Source: Haliotis cracherodii (lineage: Eukaryota). Taken from it: 64,000 nucleotides of DNA. Shown piece by piece: positions 25,658 to 39,699 of this stretch. The stretch is from the NCBI RefSeq assembly GCF_022045235.1, contig NW_027266330.1, positions 33,294,001 through 33,358,000 of the forward strand. Direction: 5' to 3'. How positions within the stretch are numbered: position 1 is the first letter of the stretch; each line of letters begins with the position of its first letter. The position numbers and the translations under genes were made by a program. A model generated the notes under the pieces. It ran no database searches. It was not told the DNA's origin and worked only from the letters and a program-made list of their open reading frames with translations.

Positions 25658-28527
25658 GATATGTCTGAAAATGGAAAATAATATATACCCACCTATCAGC
25701 ACAACAAACACATTACTGTATTACTCGAAATAAGTATATGTTTAATCTACTTACTGGTAATGAGAAAGGAACATTTTCAATGTTGGTGTATCAAGCTATA
25801 GCAATTGATATGGCCTCCGGGTGTTAACTCGTGCGAGTTGTAATCGCGGAATCAGACTTCATATTGACAGTTAACCTTCAACTTCCCTATAAGGGGGAAG
25901 TGTGAAATGAATCTGTTCATTAATAAAACATGTGCTCTCTTATGAGACGAGTTATCTCTTAGTCATGTTGCAAAAATGTACTTAATGATTTATCTTTCTA
26001 TTAGCTACGTGATCAGACTGTTTTTGTTGTTTTTTCATGTAAAACATTACCAAATGATTCCCGTTAGAACACCGTTTCTATTGCGAGTATATTTCAAAAT
26101 GTTGTTTGTTTTTGTATATCTGACGTGGACGCGTACAGTAATGTATTTTTACTCACATAAATTGTGAAAGAAAAAGTTTAAAGTTGGAAAAAGATATCAC
26201 TGGCACAAATATGGTGTACAGGCTCTTCCCTCATTGTGCAACCTGGCAATAAACTGTACAACATCCCCTCATATCCCTGTGGTTAAAGACAAAAATGACA
26301 TTGGCAGGAATACAAGATGGAATGTTGTCTTAGAAGACGCAATTAGCTATGTAGACTTGATTTGTCTCACCTGTGCTCATGGGATTCGATAGTGAAAACG
26401 TCTTATACCTTCAACGCCTCAAGCTTTCCTCTTACATGAAGCTGGTACGGTGTAAAATAATCGTAATTCTTTTCAAAGCGGGGCTTAACCAACTTCACTC
26501 AGTCACCAATAAAGGAACGCTAAGATTGCACATTGCTCCTGTTGTCAGTGGTCAGAACGACGTTTCTGAAAAGGTCCATTTCAAGCTCCTGACAAGGATA
26601 GCCCGTTCGCGAAACTCTGTATATGCTATCGCTGCCCAAAACAGGACCCCACAGTTCAATAGCAGCCTGCAACAATGCATGGAGTTGAACGCACAATGAA
26701 CTATCTGGTGTTTGCAAACAAGATATGACTGTCGTGACGCCGAATATGCTTACCTCAGCTAAATGTTTCCTTTGTTAGTCAATTTGAATTTATATTTCAT
26801 TTCAACTATTGTAAGGTGGTGAGGTGAATTGGGGTTTAACGTCACGTCCAAGATTAGTGCACTTATATAGCGACGTACATGTACGTGTGTGTGTTTGTGT
26901 GCCTGCTTGTACTAGTCCGGACTAATGCCGATTTATAGTGATAGCCCACTGAGATACCATACCGCAGTTTAACTTGAATACCCCACTCAGACACAGTATA
27001 CTGACTCCGAGCCGACCAGTCCTTGTTTTAGCCCCTTAATGCCGAGCGCCAGACAGGGTAACAACAAGTACCATCTTTTAACGTCTTTTGGTATGGTTTG
27101 GTTTGGTTTGTTGTTTAACGACGCACTCAGTAATATTCGGCTATATGACAGCGGTCTGTAAATAATCGAGTCTGGACAAGACAATCCAGTGATTCGAAAC
27201 ATGAGCATTGATCCACGCAATTGGGATACTATGACATGCATTACCCAAGTCAGCGACCTGACCACCTGATCCCGTTAGTCGCCTCTTACGACAAACACAG
27301 TCGCCTTTTATCGGAAGCATCGGTTGCTGAAGACCTTTTCTACCCCGGATCTTCAAAACATTTTCGTTGACTGCAGATTGACATTGATCACAAAGTTCAG
27401 TCGTTCAGTCACTGCGAACATCACTGACCTTCTCGGTCGACCTGGTCTTTCTTCTGAGATTTTGTAATTTGTAGTTATGCACAGCCCTTGATCCGTGGCC
27501 AGTCATTGCACATAATATCTGTTCATCTACCCATGCCTGGTGAAGACAGTGGTTAATGCGTATTCCCGTCAAGCCAACTTTTTTACACATTCTCTGTACC
27601 GTAGTCACAACCTTATGTTAGCCCAAAGGTTGTTCACAAAACCACAGATCCTATCTAGATGATCTGTTCATCAGTCACAAAGGATTCGGTTTTGTTTGTT
27701 TGTTTGTTGATTAACGCCGCACTCAGCAATATTCAAGCTATTTGGCGGGGCTCTGGACCAGACAATACAGCGATTGACATCATCAGCATCGATCCACGCA
27801 ATTGTGACCACCCGATCCCGTTAGTCGCCTAATACGACACGCATACGATGTAGTGAAGGGAGCAGGCAATGCACACGGAGGAACAATTACATTAGACTGA
27901 TGTGCACGTGTGTACATGTGTTTGGTCTTTTTTCATTTGATTCTATTTTAGATTAAGAAAACATCGGTTGCTGAAGACCTATTTTACCCCTGATCTTCAC
28001 GTGTCCAAAGAGAATGGATATTGTGAGCAATACTTTTCAAACTATTTCACAATGCATCTGTTAGGATCGTAACTACCAAATAGTTTTCTCTCCAGTCTGC
28101 AATACTTTAGCCCTCCAAGTATACAGTGAGTTATTTCAATGATCTAGTTCACAGAAACGTGAGTAATCACTGTAAAGTGTCACTTGAAACCTTCAAATTT
28201 GAAAATGGAAGTGACAGGTTCCTGCAAATTAAGAAAGAAATGGAAAAAGAGCATACTGAATTGCCTTTTAGGCTATTTAATGCAATCGAAACCTGTTGCT
28301 TCGAAATCCTGTTGACCAGAAAAATAGTTCGACCTCATTTCCGCCATCAGACAACAGACGCAAACGTCCCACTTCGTACATTTTGGACAAATAACATTTA
28401 TGTAGTATGAAAACAGGATCATTTGTCATATATCTGCATCACGTGCCCGCTGATCGGCGCGCATGATTATTGACAATCCCAAACGGTTGCACAGCCATCA
28501 CTGCTTCGCTGACTGAAGGTGTTACTA

Positions 28528-30065
28528 TACTGAACTAAATTAAAAACTTCACAATCCTAAAATTTTAACATTTTGACCAGTTATCATTGTGGGCCCTTAT
28601 TGTGTATTTAAACAGAAATGGCCACGTATTGTCTTCAGATAACACCCGTTTTTGTTCAGGTGAATCGATCAAAATCATGTGCACAGCACTATAGTGGCAA
28701 AAGGGATTTTTCACGTGCAACTGGTCACGTGGCCATAATACCGCACGTGTTTTCAGCCATACTTGTTAGCAGTCATTAACAAAAAAAAGAAAAACACAAG
28801 AAAACAAAAGTCTTTACGGCCATTTGTCATGCCACGCCTTTTAAATGTGCAACGTGAACGTGCCATCGGCATGTTGCAGACGGGAACGTCCGTAGCTGAA
28901 GTCGCAAGGACGATGGGTTGTAGTCGACGGACTGTTTATGATTTACAGACGCGTCTACAGCAAACGGTTACCACCGCTGATCGCCCTCGGCCAGGTCGAC
29001 CACCTGCGACGTCACATGCAGAGGATCGTCAGATTGTCTTACGTCACCTCTGTAAGCGATTTTTTGACGGCTACATCAACCAGAAATGAACTGTTTAGGG
29101 GTAGACTGAGTGCGCAAACTGTTCGAAACCGTCTGAGAACTGCTCACCTTCAAGCATGACGGCCATACTGCGGGCCGATTCTGACTCAATTACACAGACG
29201 TCAACGTCAATTGTGGGCACAGCGACACTTACGATGGACTCAAGAGGAATTGGAATCAAGTCGTCTTCAGTAATGAATCCCGATTTAATCTTCGATTTGC
29301 TGATGGTAGGGCGAGGGTGTGGAGGCGCCGTCATGAACGTTACGCCCAGTGTTGTGTACAGGAAGTTGACAGATTTCGAGGCGGAAGTGTCATGGTGTGG
29401 GTTGCTTTCTGTGGCAATGCACGTTCCAGGCTTCTTGTCATCCGTGACAACTTCAGCCGCTGCTGCTTACCGCGACCAGGTACTAGCACCAGAACTTCTG
29501 CCTTTTATGGCAGCACATGGACCCGGTTTGATCTTCCAACACGACAATGCCAGACCTCACACAACAATTTTGACTAGGAATTTCCTTCCGAATGCGGGAG
29601 TCAACGTCATGAACTGGCCGTCAAAGTCTCGCGACCTCAATCCCATCGAACACGTCTGGGAAGCTCTTGGCAGAAGTCTGCGCACTCTCCAGAACCAACC
29701 ACAGAATGTGCAAGATCTTGGCACCATTTTGCAGCAACAATGGCGTCGTCTTCCCAATCATGTGTTCACAAGCATCACACGGTCCATGCGGAGGCGTTGT
29801 GTGGCAGTTGTCAACGCACATGGTGGCCATACACGCTACTGAACTTGTGTGCCATCAGATTCTCGTGCTTGGGACTTATGATTTAAACTGTTGATGTTAT
29901 TAACGAATACCGTAGGTGCTTGGAACAAATTATGGTTACCACCGTTAATTAAAATCCTTCTTTGGACATTAATGATTAAAAATTACCTTCTCTGATACAT
30001 TTGTCAGTTGTACATCATATATGGGATTACTTTTAAAAATGTGAAGTTTTTAATTTGACTCGGTA
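28528..30065 (+). mobile_element. Tc1-family DNA transposon (DD34E), full length, frameshifted transposase 28829-29842
   Basis: TIRs tactgaactaaattaaaaacttcaca / tgtgaagtttttaatttgactcggta, TA TSD, empty site gttactattaattag in units 1-3. Protein motifs MPRL..RERAIGML HTH, FQHDNARPH, WPSKSRDLNPIEHVW (34 aa between D and E) and GGHTRY. Confidence 0.95.
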
Positions 30066-32361
30066 TATTAATTAGTTCACTCAACTTTTATTCAGTACAT
30101 GACAAATCACTTTATCGTGGCAGCCTTTACACAGTCTAATCAACGTTTTCTTGTATTTTATGATTCAAGGGGTATCATGCTTAGGATATTATATTGATAT
30201 ACATTCTTTTTGTACTTATCAGGTCAAGTCAACAACGATATAAGGATCTATACCGAAACGTCGCTTTTTACAGTTTTAAAAAAGTTCTTATCCATAAAAT
30301 TGTGTCTACCTTCAATTGCGTTGTCTTCCATCACCTCACTTCACCTCACCTCACTTCACCTCACCTCACCTCACCTCACCGCAACACAACGCATTGCATT
30401 GCATTGCATTACATTATAACCTCCAATTTATCTTGATATCAATGACTATTACTTTGCACCAAGCAGTGACGTGCACCACACCATGAGTATGTTTCTTGGA
30501 AGCACCATACCCATGCTTGTGGATTTCACCAAATTGGGAAACGTCTAAGACCTGCATAATTTTAGGCTTTCCTCCAATATTAAGCTGACACGCCGTATAA
30601 CTGGAATATTGTTCAAAGCGTCAATCAACCAAACTTACTCACTCACTCGGTGGCACAGGTGTCCCTGTCCAGAGTTGCGTCCCTTGGCTACGCCAGAATC
30701 ATATGATCACGGTTTTAAACCAAACTCACTCACTCACTTGTAATTTTCTCTTGACCCCGATGACTAAGCCAGTCACCTTGGGTCACCTGCTGGTGATTTA
30801 ATTCATGAGTGTTTCACGTTCGAAAGATATTGTTTGACCTCATCCTCCACTAAAGGAAAACTTCTAAATTTATCATGTACTATTAAATGGTGGTTATCAA
30901 ATACACTGTTCATTAAAATATTCATTCTAACCAAACAACTCACTGACATTAATTCTACCATGACATTGAAGAATGCTTGATTCTGATATTTCTTTGCTAC
31001 GGAAGCCCCTTTTAAATATAATAAGCCTTTTCACGATCACCTATAGGAACTTAAAGCATTAAGCACATTACCTCTATTGCACGCTGTGTCGCCAATGCAA
31101 GACAGGTCTCAGATACACGCCGAAATTAATAGACGGCTTAGCGTCTGATAGAGGAAATACGGTAGTTTGATATCGGATGTTTTTATCGATGATGTGATGT
31201 TCTAGGCAGTAACACTGCTTCCATGGTGAGATTATAAGGCATAACGAAAGCATATCTTTTGCATACAAATGATAATGTTTATGAAATTGTTAGGGACATG
31301 TTCGATGAATAGACCCAGAACAGGCAATTTCCTCATTGAAAATGAAAGTACAATATCACATTATAAAAAGTGTTGTAAAAAACTTTATTCATGACAACAT
31401 GTTGTTTACAAACCGTTTTGTAATCGACAATCATTGCCATGTCCGTCAACCACCAACGTTAGGGTATGGCAGGAGGGGATATGAAAGTCCACCAGAATAC
31501 ACTCCTCCCTTTGAAAGGCCACGAAAACAATGTCCCAACATCACTGGAGTCACAGCACGGGCAATTGATCATAACAACTTATCAAACTTGACAAACTTCA
31601 TTTCTGAAGACACATAATTAAGCAAATCATACACAAACCACTGTTTTTTGGCAACAACTGTCACATTTGTTTCACACACTGGCGTCGAATACTGTGAAAT
31701 CTTGAAATCTATAGGTCAAATCAGATCCCTCCTGTCAAAATAGCCGGCTCATCCGCAGCCTAAAAATGGAGATGTTCTGTCATTCTCCAGTTCCATTGGC
31801 AATCATGTTGCACCATCAGGCTCATTCCTGGTAAATCTACAAGTTAATGTTCAACGACATCATAGATCTGGGTTGTCATCTAGCTTGTATCTACTCTACA
31901 GCGGGACTCAATCAAATTTCAAAACACAGTAGGTTTATCTCCTAAATAATATACTTTAAGCTCTGTAGATTCGTGAGGATTAGATAAAGTTTTCCATCGA
32001 TGTAACTGTTTTGATTGCTTCATGGGGAATGTTTTAACTGGCAAGTGTTTAGTCAACATTTGGCACAAAGACAGACAGCTTGGGTTTAGGTTTTACAAAC
32101 TATCAATATGAAAGTATAGCATATTATGCATTATTCATTACTTCATAAGACGGCTAAGCATGCTGATTATACCGTAGAAATTAAGAATAATAAGAATTCT
32201 GAACTATATTTAAAGTTATGTGTTATCATAGATTCAAGCAAGTTATAAAATATATTCTAAAAGTAACTAAGTGGTATTGTTTGATTATATTATATCATGT
32301 GCTGTGCTGTTCTGTGGTTTGTTGTGTTGTGTGGTGGGAGATTATGGGACGTGATCCTACA

Positions 32362-35300
32362 CTAAAGGAAAACTATCACAGGGCCTGTTTCGTTCTTATC
32401 AGGATCAATATCCATTAGCTCGTACTGGTGTGCTTCCGGTTGTCCCGCTGGATATTCCTCTTCTTTCTTATCTGTTTCTTGCCTGTAAGAAAAATCATGT
32501 GTGTGTCGTCATTGGTAATAGGACATAGGGATATTATCTCCGTGTTCAGGGAGGTGTGGGGTGTGGAGTGTGGGGATTTTATCGAAAAAAGGAAATTGTC
32601 CCTGGAAAGGCTTGAAAAACATTATTATGCTTCAGACTGTTGACAGAAATAATAAACAGAATATCAAATTGTCGGTCCTTAGCATATATATAAAATAGGA
32701 TACGTCACAGTGCTCAGATGAGAGCATATATGTTAAATATAACAGAAAGCATTCTTAATTTGCCTTGCTCATTGTTTACATAAAACACTTGAATATAAAC
32801 CTTTTGGTGCGTCCGTAGCATCCAATGCATACAGCTACCATGATGCCAACCAGGCCACACGCTGATGATGTTCCGATAATGATCAGTGGAAGGCTCTGAG
32901 AGGTAGGCTCTGTGGAAACAATAATGTTATCAAGTTTAATTATATTGTTAATGTGAACGTATACGTATATGTCGCTAATAAACACCAGGATAGTGGCACA
33001 GTAAAATAGTTTACATGCAGGGCCTATATATCAATAGGTGCAATACCTAAAACCTTGAACTTATGACACAAAGTACCTACAAATGGACAGATGTTCAAAT
33101 AGTATGCGTAAATAAATTATCTGTGATCAAGTAAAGTGGATGACCAAATGTTTATCATATATTTGTATTCTCCGTTCCTACATCTCAGGGTAAATTAGAT
33201 TGAGTCATTTTGGAACATTAGAGAAGGTTTAATGAAAACCCATAAAATCAACACCTGTGACCCATTCTAACCTTATCTCTAAACTTATTGTTATAAATCA
33301 GAACCCTACCAGTGTGACATTGAACAAAGTCTAATCATCATTCATCTCGAGACAGCTGATAACCTTTCTACGAGTGAGCGAGTGAGTGAGTGAGTATGGT
33401 TTTACGCCGCTTTTAGCAATATTCCAGCAATATCAAGGCGGGGGACACCAGAAACGGGCTTCACATATTGTACCCATGTCGGGAATCGAACCCGGGTCTT
33501 CGGCGTTACGAGCGATCGCTTTCTATGAAGAAGGATATTGGTCATCAATTACATCAACGGAACATCACATTCACACACAAATGAGTTATCTTATAAATTT
33601 GTTGATGTATTATTCTATTCCATTGATGCATCTGTTTTAATTCCTTCACGGGGATAGCCCGTAATTGTCAGGTTTCAGATGGTCAGTGTTTAGTCAACAT
33701 CTTGTTAAAGAAGTTTGGGTTTAGTTTTTCTAAACTATTGACATGAATGTATAACATATCATGATCTTTATTACCGTCAATGCATATCCCACAGGTAGTT
33801 CTCAGAGTGACATTCATGATCAATGCAGTTTCCAAAGCTTGAACAGTCCGACCCAGCATAACCTGGTATACAATCATCTACACACGCCCCTAAATCAGTG
33901 CAGGACATATTTACACACTTCGAGTTACATCGAGATGAGCAATTAGAAAAATACCATCCGACATTACAACCATGGATACGATCTCCTGAATAGTTGTCAC
34001 ATTCGAGGATGTAATTGTTTGGGGGTGGGGGGTGGGGGGGATTTCTGGCAAATGCTGGGACAGAAGTTGCGTGAGGGCCAGCGCTACAGTTTTTACTGCA
34101 CACCTTGTCACACCAGTAACCATAAATTCCAAATAAATAGGCCTTACCACATGTAATTTCCTTGACGCAGGTATCTATAGGACAGTCACTTGAACAGGTA
34201 GACTTGCATCTTTGATCAGTAATGTTGCATCCTTTGGTGCAGGTTCCAGACTCCTGGTCACAAATCCCATCAATGCAAATCTCACAGGTTGTGTTACAAA
34301 ATGCACCGTAATAACCATTAGCACACCCTTTCGCACAGGTTCCGTCCTCAGAGAAACAAATATGCTCGATGCAGTTTTCCAAGCATGAACAGTCTGAACC
34401 AGCATATCCTGGTGCACAGCCAGCTACACACGTCCCTGAATCAGTGCAGGACATATTTACACACATTGGGTTACATTGAGTTGAGCAGTTGGCTCCAAAC
34501 CACCCGCCATTACAGCCATGAATACAGAATCCTGTCATGTGGTCACATTCGGGACTACACTTCTTTGAAGCATTTCTGTCACATGCGTCAGGACCAGCGC
34601 GGCAGTTTTCACTGCACACCTTTTCACACCAGTGACCATAAAATCCGCGATTACAGCCTTCTTTGCATCCGGTCTTGCATGTTCCTTTACAATTCTCACA
34701 TGACATCTCACAGTTGGGACCAGTGTATGGCGAATGACACTGGTCACATATTCCAGTGCTTCTATTGCACAATTTACATTGTCCAGAACAGTTCTTGCAG
34801 TCAAGGCCATAGTAGGAGTCCACGCATCCAGAAACACAGGATGAACCCAGCTGGCAGTACTTACCGACACACCCTCCTTTGCATTCTGTACACTGTCTCC
34901 AGTTCTCATCACATGGTATGTTGCACCTTGTACCTTGGAATCCTGAAATACAGCCATGGGTGCATACCTCGGTTCCACCGTCTGTGAGTAGTTCACACGA
35001 TCTATTTCTGCAGCCACTGCTGCACTTAGATATGCATCTCTTGCCGAAATACCCAGGGTCACAATCTGATGTGCAGTAACCTTTATCGTCACAGCTTACG
35101 CAGTTCCGGCTATAATCGCAGGGTTTTGCTGAAAAGAAATAACAAACATTTAGATCGGACAGAGGTAACCAAACAGGCAAAGCTATGAGAGCAAATTGTG
35201 ATGCTTCAGATGACTGCGTAGTAGTCATAGTAATATTGAAAGTAGGATATTGGATCCATGATTGTTGTGGACTTTTGAAACCTTCATGTTAATGATTGAA

Positions 35301-35760
35301 AATAAGTCCAGGTTGAAATTAATATGCTTTGCTTGCTTGTTTGTTGTTAAACGCCGCGCTTAGCAATATTCCAGCTATATGACGACGGTCTGTAAACAAT
35401 CGAATCGGGACTAGACAATTCAGTGATTAACATCATGAGCATCGATCCATGCAAATGGGATACGATGTCATGTATCAACCAAGTCAGTGAGCCTGACCAC
35501 CCCATCCCGTTTGTCGCCTCATAAGACAAGCATACTCGCCTTTTACGGTATGCGTGGGTTGCTGAAGACCGATTCTACCACGGATCTTCACGGGTCGAAA
35601 CAAATATGCAAAGTATATGATAAATTAGGCTCCTATAGTCACAAAACCAAGAACGTTTATCTTTCGAAGCATAATCCTGGTCGAGACAATGAATATCTGC
35701 AAACCTACCTTGTATGAAAAGTAGAACGGGTGCAAAGCATAGGATCACCACAGAAGTCAT
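32362..35760 (-). CDS. Multi-EGF-like type I membrane receptor, copy 4, 420 aa
   Basis: Exons 35760-35709, 35128-34148, 32909-32801, 32482-32362. Frame open, GT-AG introns. Tail RQETDKKEEEYPAGQPEAHQYELMDIDPDKNETGPVIVFL*. Confidence 0.88.
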
Positions 35761-36994
35761 GATAAGTCTGAAAATGGAAAATAATATATTCCCACCTATC
35801 AGCACAACAAACATATTACTGTATTACTCGAAAGAAGTATATGTTAAATCTACTTACTGTAAATTAGAAAGGAACATTTTCAATGTTGGTGTATCAAGCT
35901 ATAGCAATTGATATGGCCTCAGGATGTTTACTTGTGCGAGTTGTAATCGCGGAATCAGACTTCATATTGGCAGTTAACTTTCAACTTCCCTATAAGGGGG
36001 AAGTGTGAAATGAACCTGCATATTAATAAAACATGTGCTCTCTTATGAGAAGAGTTATCTTTTAGTCATGTTGCAAAAATGTACTTAATGATTTTATCTT
36101 TCTATTAGCTACGTTATCAGACTGGTTTGTTTTGTTTTTTCATGTAAAACATTACCAAATGATTCCCCGTTTGAACACCGTTTCTGTTACGATTATATTT
36201 CAAAATGTTTGGTTTTTAAACAAATACACGAGTTATACCAGAAACATTATATCTGACGTGGACGCGTATAGTAATGTATTTTTACTCACCTAAATTGTGA
36301 AAGAAATAAGTTTAAAGTTGGAAAAAAAACATCACTGGCACAAATATGGTGTACAGACTCTTCCCTCATTGTGCAACCTGGCAGTACACTGTACAACATC
36401 CACTCATATCCCTGTGGTTACAGGTAACAATGATACTTACATACTGGTGGCAGTGATGATATCAGTAGGGTTATGAAGGTGACACGTGGTGGGAAGACGC
36501 TTGTGGCCAACTGATCCAAGGATGGCCACACTCATTAACATCACAAAGATCGAGGTTGTAGTTGTTGTGGCGATAAATCTGATGATACCAAAACCTAATA
36601 TTTTGTAATACCGATATACGACTTACTTGAACACACATTGGAGAGTCTGTATACTCTTTCGTTCGCAAATCCTGCGCTAGATCAAACACTACTACAATAA
36701 TCACAGGGCACTTGGACAAAATTTAGTAAACTATGTGAATCATTCGACAGCATCTGAGATACAGGCATATTTTGTTGACGCTTCTCAGGTGTTGCTTGAA
36801 AGTTAGAAGGGTGTATTGGGAGAAGATCAATCAGATGAGAGTGAATAGTTGCGCACTGCTACCAACGATCCCATGTCCAGAGAATGACCAACAATAATTC
36901 CGTCAGCAAATGATGTTATTACCCGTTCGAGCTGATATTTATTTAACTTTGCGTCGTCAATGGTTTAGTGATAAATGTGATTTAGTACATTTGG

Positions 36995-37330
36995 CATCAA
37001 TCAAGCCAACTGTTTTACATATTCTCTGTGTGGTAGTCACAAGCTTATGTCATCCCAAAGGTTGACCACAAAACCACAGAAACTATCTGGATGGTAAATT
37101 CATCAATCACAAATAAATGGCTTCTTTTAGATTACAATGGACACAGTGAGCAATACTTTCTGGACAATTTCACAACGCATACGTTAGGATTGTCCGCTTG
37201 TTCGCTAGTACCAAGTTGTTTATTGTCCAGTCTGCAACGAACCTCCACCGTTTCGTTTAGACGCTCGTTCAATGTACATTAGTTAATTTCATCATCACTT
37301 TGACAGTTCTAAAACTATGAATCAGGTTGC
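36995..37330 (-). mobile_element. Crypton-like relic, a diverged paralogue of the spacer copies
   Basis: tcaagccaactgttttaca...aaaaccacaga matches 1593-1670; gtgagcaatacttt...ttaggat matches 28023-28067. Confidence 0.6.
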
Positions 37331-38174
37331 TCCAAGGTCCAACTTCAAAAACGAGGTGTGCCCCCACGGCACCAAAGCAAACACCGGAAAGCTCATCCCG
37401 CTAATCTTGTAAAATCTCTTTCGCTTTCGTTGAGGTTTCTGATCAAAACGACTCCCAGAGCACAAGGACCTCCCAGTTGAACACAGGATTCATATTCTCG
37501 CTACAGCGATGGGTTCATCAACAACCTTAAAAGTATGCATGTGATCGTACTCTCAATAACAATGACCAGTTTGACAGGTCACATGTTGTTATGATAAGCC
37601 TTAAAAAACTGATTGGCTGTGACAGCCCTGTTTCCTTTACTTGTAGTGTTTTCCGGGGATAGTATCGTAGTCCCTGATTACATATGATAATAATGGTTAG
37701 TCTATTAGTGTATGATATTACAATGTATCCCAGTTTGATATCACTCTCCCTATTTCATTATTATATATTTGTATGTTTGTTCAGGGTATGTTCAGTTGAG
37801 ATGTTGGCAGAAACAATACTAGTACACATGTAAATAAAGCTGTTTCAACAATACCTGTATATATGTAAATAAATCTGTAAGTACTTGTATGTACATGTCA
37901 CAGTCAATGTTTCAGTCAGTATACTACTTAATGCAATCTCCTCATACTAATTTGGATCTATTTTGATCACAGTAACTTATATAAGAAATTCAACAGTGAA
38001 TTGATTGGTTCTTCAAACATGAAAGAATACTAGAGTCCCTTTATATGTTACTTATTTTTATTGACATAACGAGCAGTTCAGCTACAGAACATCCAGAATA
38101 TATTGTGAACAAACATATGACTTAGTGATATTGTTTGCACATAGGTTTTCGCAGTTGTTACAGGTGAACAAATA

Positions 38175-39650
38175 TACTCACATGCAAAAGAAACGCGAGT
38201 CGATTATGCAAGATACATGTTACTTATTTTCAACTGTAAAGACAAGACATGCTAATATGGCAAGATTGAAAAAAAATGGACTAAAGACAGTTTAATGGAT
38301 TAAAAGGTAGATGACATAATTATTTTTTTCAAATGTTAAGGTCTTACACAGTTTCGGGTCAATACCCAAAATGTCAGTCAATACCTGGTGTGACCACCAT
38401 TAGCATTGATCACTGCCACACATCTCCTGTACATTGAGTAGATCAGACGATTTGTGAAGGCCCTAGGGGTCTTCCTGCACACATCCAGAGAAGCTGTGCG
38501 TAGTTCATCGGCAGTTGTAGGGACTGGGCGCACATTGTGCAGACGCCCTTGAACCTCATCCCACAAGTGTTCGATGGGGTTCAGATCAGGGCTGAGGGCT
38601 GGCCACGGATGTTGTGTTGTTGCAGAAAGGCCATGGTAGCTCTGGCAACATGGGAACGAGCGTTGTCCTACTGGAAAATGTGTTGTTGATCTTGGACGTG
38701 GAGTTTGATCACTTGGTCGATATACCCCGTGTCCCCGTCCTTGACCAACATTCAGAAAGCACATGGGTCCAAGTCTCGCATTAAGTCCAATCACTGCCCA
38801 TATCATGACGCTAGGTCCACCCTATGGATCCCTTTCCAAACGTTTCTGTCAGCGAAACGATCACCTCGACTCCTCCAAATTCTGACTCTTCCGCCTGCAT
38901 GGGAGACACAAAAGCGACTTTCATCAGTGAAGATGACAAGCCTCCACTCACGATGACGCCAATTGTGATGACCCTGTGCCTACTGAAGTCGTGCTTGTCG
39001 ATGCCGTGGTAGGAAAACAGGACGGCGTGCTGGTCGGCGACATCTGAGGTTGTTGAAACGGAGACGTCGGATCACAGTGTCCCGGCTAATGTGTCGATTA
39101 TGTGTTCCTATGGTCTGACGAGCAGCTTGGTGTTGACGGGTAATCTGCCGATCTAGTCGAGGTGTGGTGACCTCTCCGCTCCGAGGAAGGTCATCTGTGG
39201 TCTGTGTAGCATTGTATCGTTGCAGGAGACGGTAAATTGTGGTTATGTGAACGTTGAAATGCGGGGCAACATCTTGGACAGACTCTCCAGCTTCCAAACA
39301 TCCGATAGCCTGGTTTCTCTGAATTCTCTGAGTAAGGCGTGGCATTGTTGACCAAGGAGTGGTAGGTCTAAGAATCGTCCCCAGTTTTATACCCACTACA
39401 GTTCGTGACAGTTCGTGCATTTTCGATTTTTCGCGAGAAATGGGTGCATGATACCCACATATTCATTGAAATGGTGCGTTTTGGCGATTCGTTTTTTATG
39501 TTGCGTTCTTACTCGGGGCTTCCAAAATGCAACCAAACTTATCGATAACACCATCAGGCTTCACTACATGCTAAAACTCGTATCAATTTATGGTTCCGTG
39601 TTTGATACCTATTTGCTCAAAACCACTTGCGTTTCTTTTGCGTGTGAGTA
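38175..39650 (-). mobile_element. Tc1-family DNA transposon, decayed transposase
   Basis: TIRs tactcacatgcaaaagaaacgcgagt / acttgcgtttcttttgcgtgtgagta with TA TSD. Motifs MPRLT..QAIGCLEAG, WPALSPDLNPIEHLW and GGHTRY; frameshifts present. Confidence 0.93.
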
Positions 39651-39699
39651 TACATCATCAGTCAAAATTGTGGACAGCTATTTTTGTCACATGTAAGTC

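Larger units (their letters stand above)
1..36430. repeat. Tandem segmental duplication, four units (1-8922, 8923-18052, 18053-26467, 26468-~36430)
   Basis: The same spacer, intron and exon sequence recurs collinearly; for example the anchor tct(a/t)ttcaaag is at 1, 8923, 18053 and 26468. Similarity is lost after ~36430. Confidence 0.97.
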
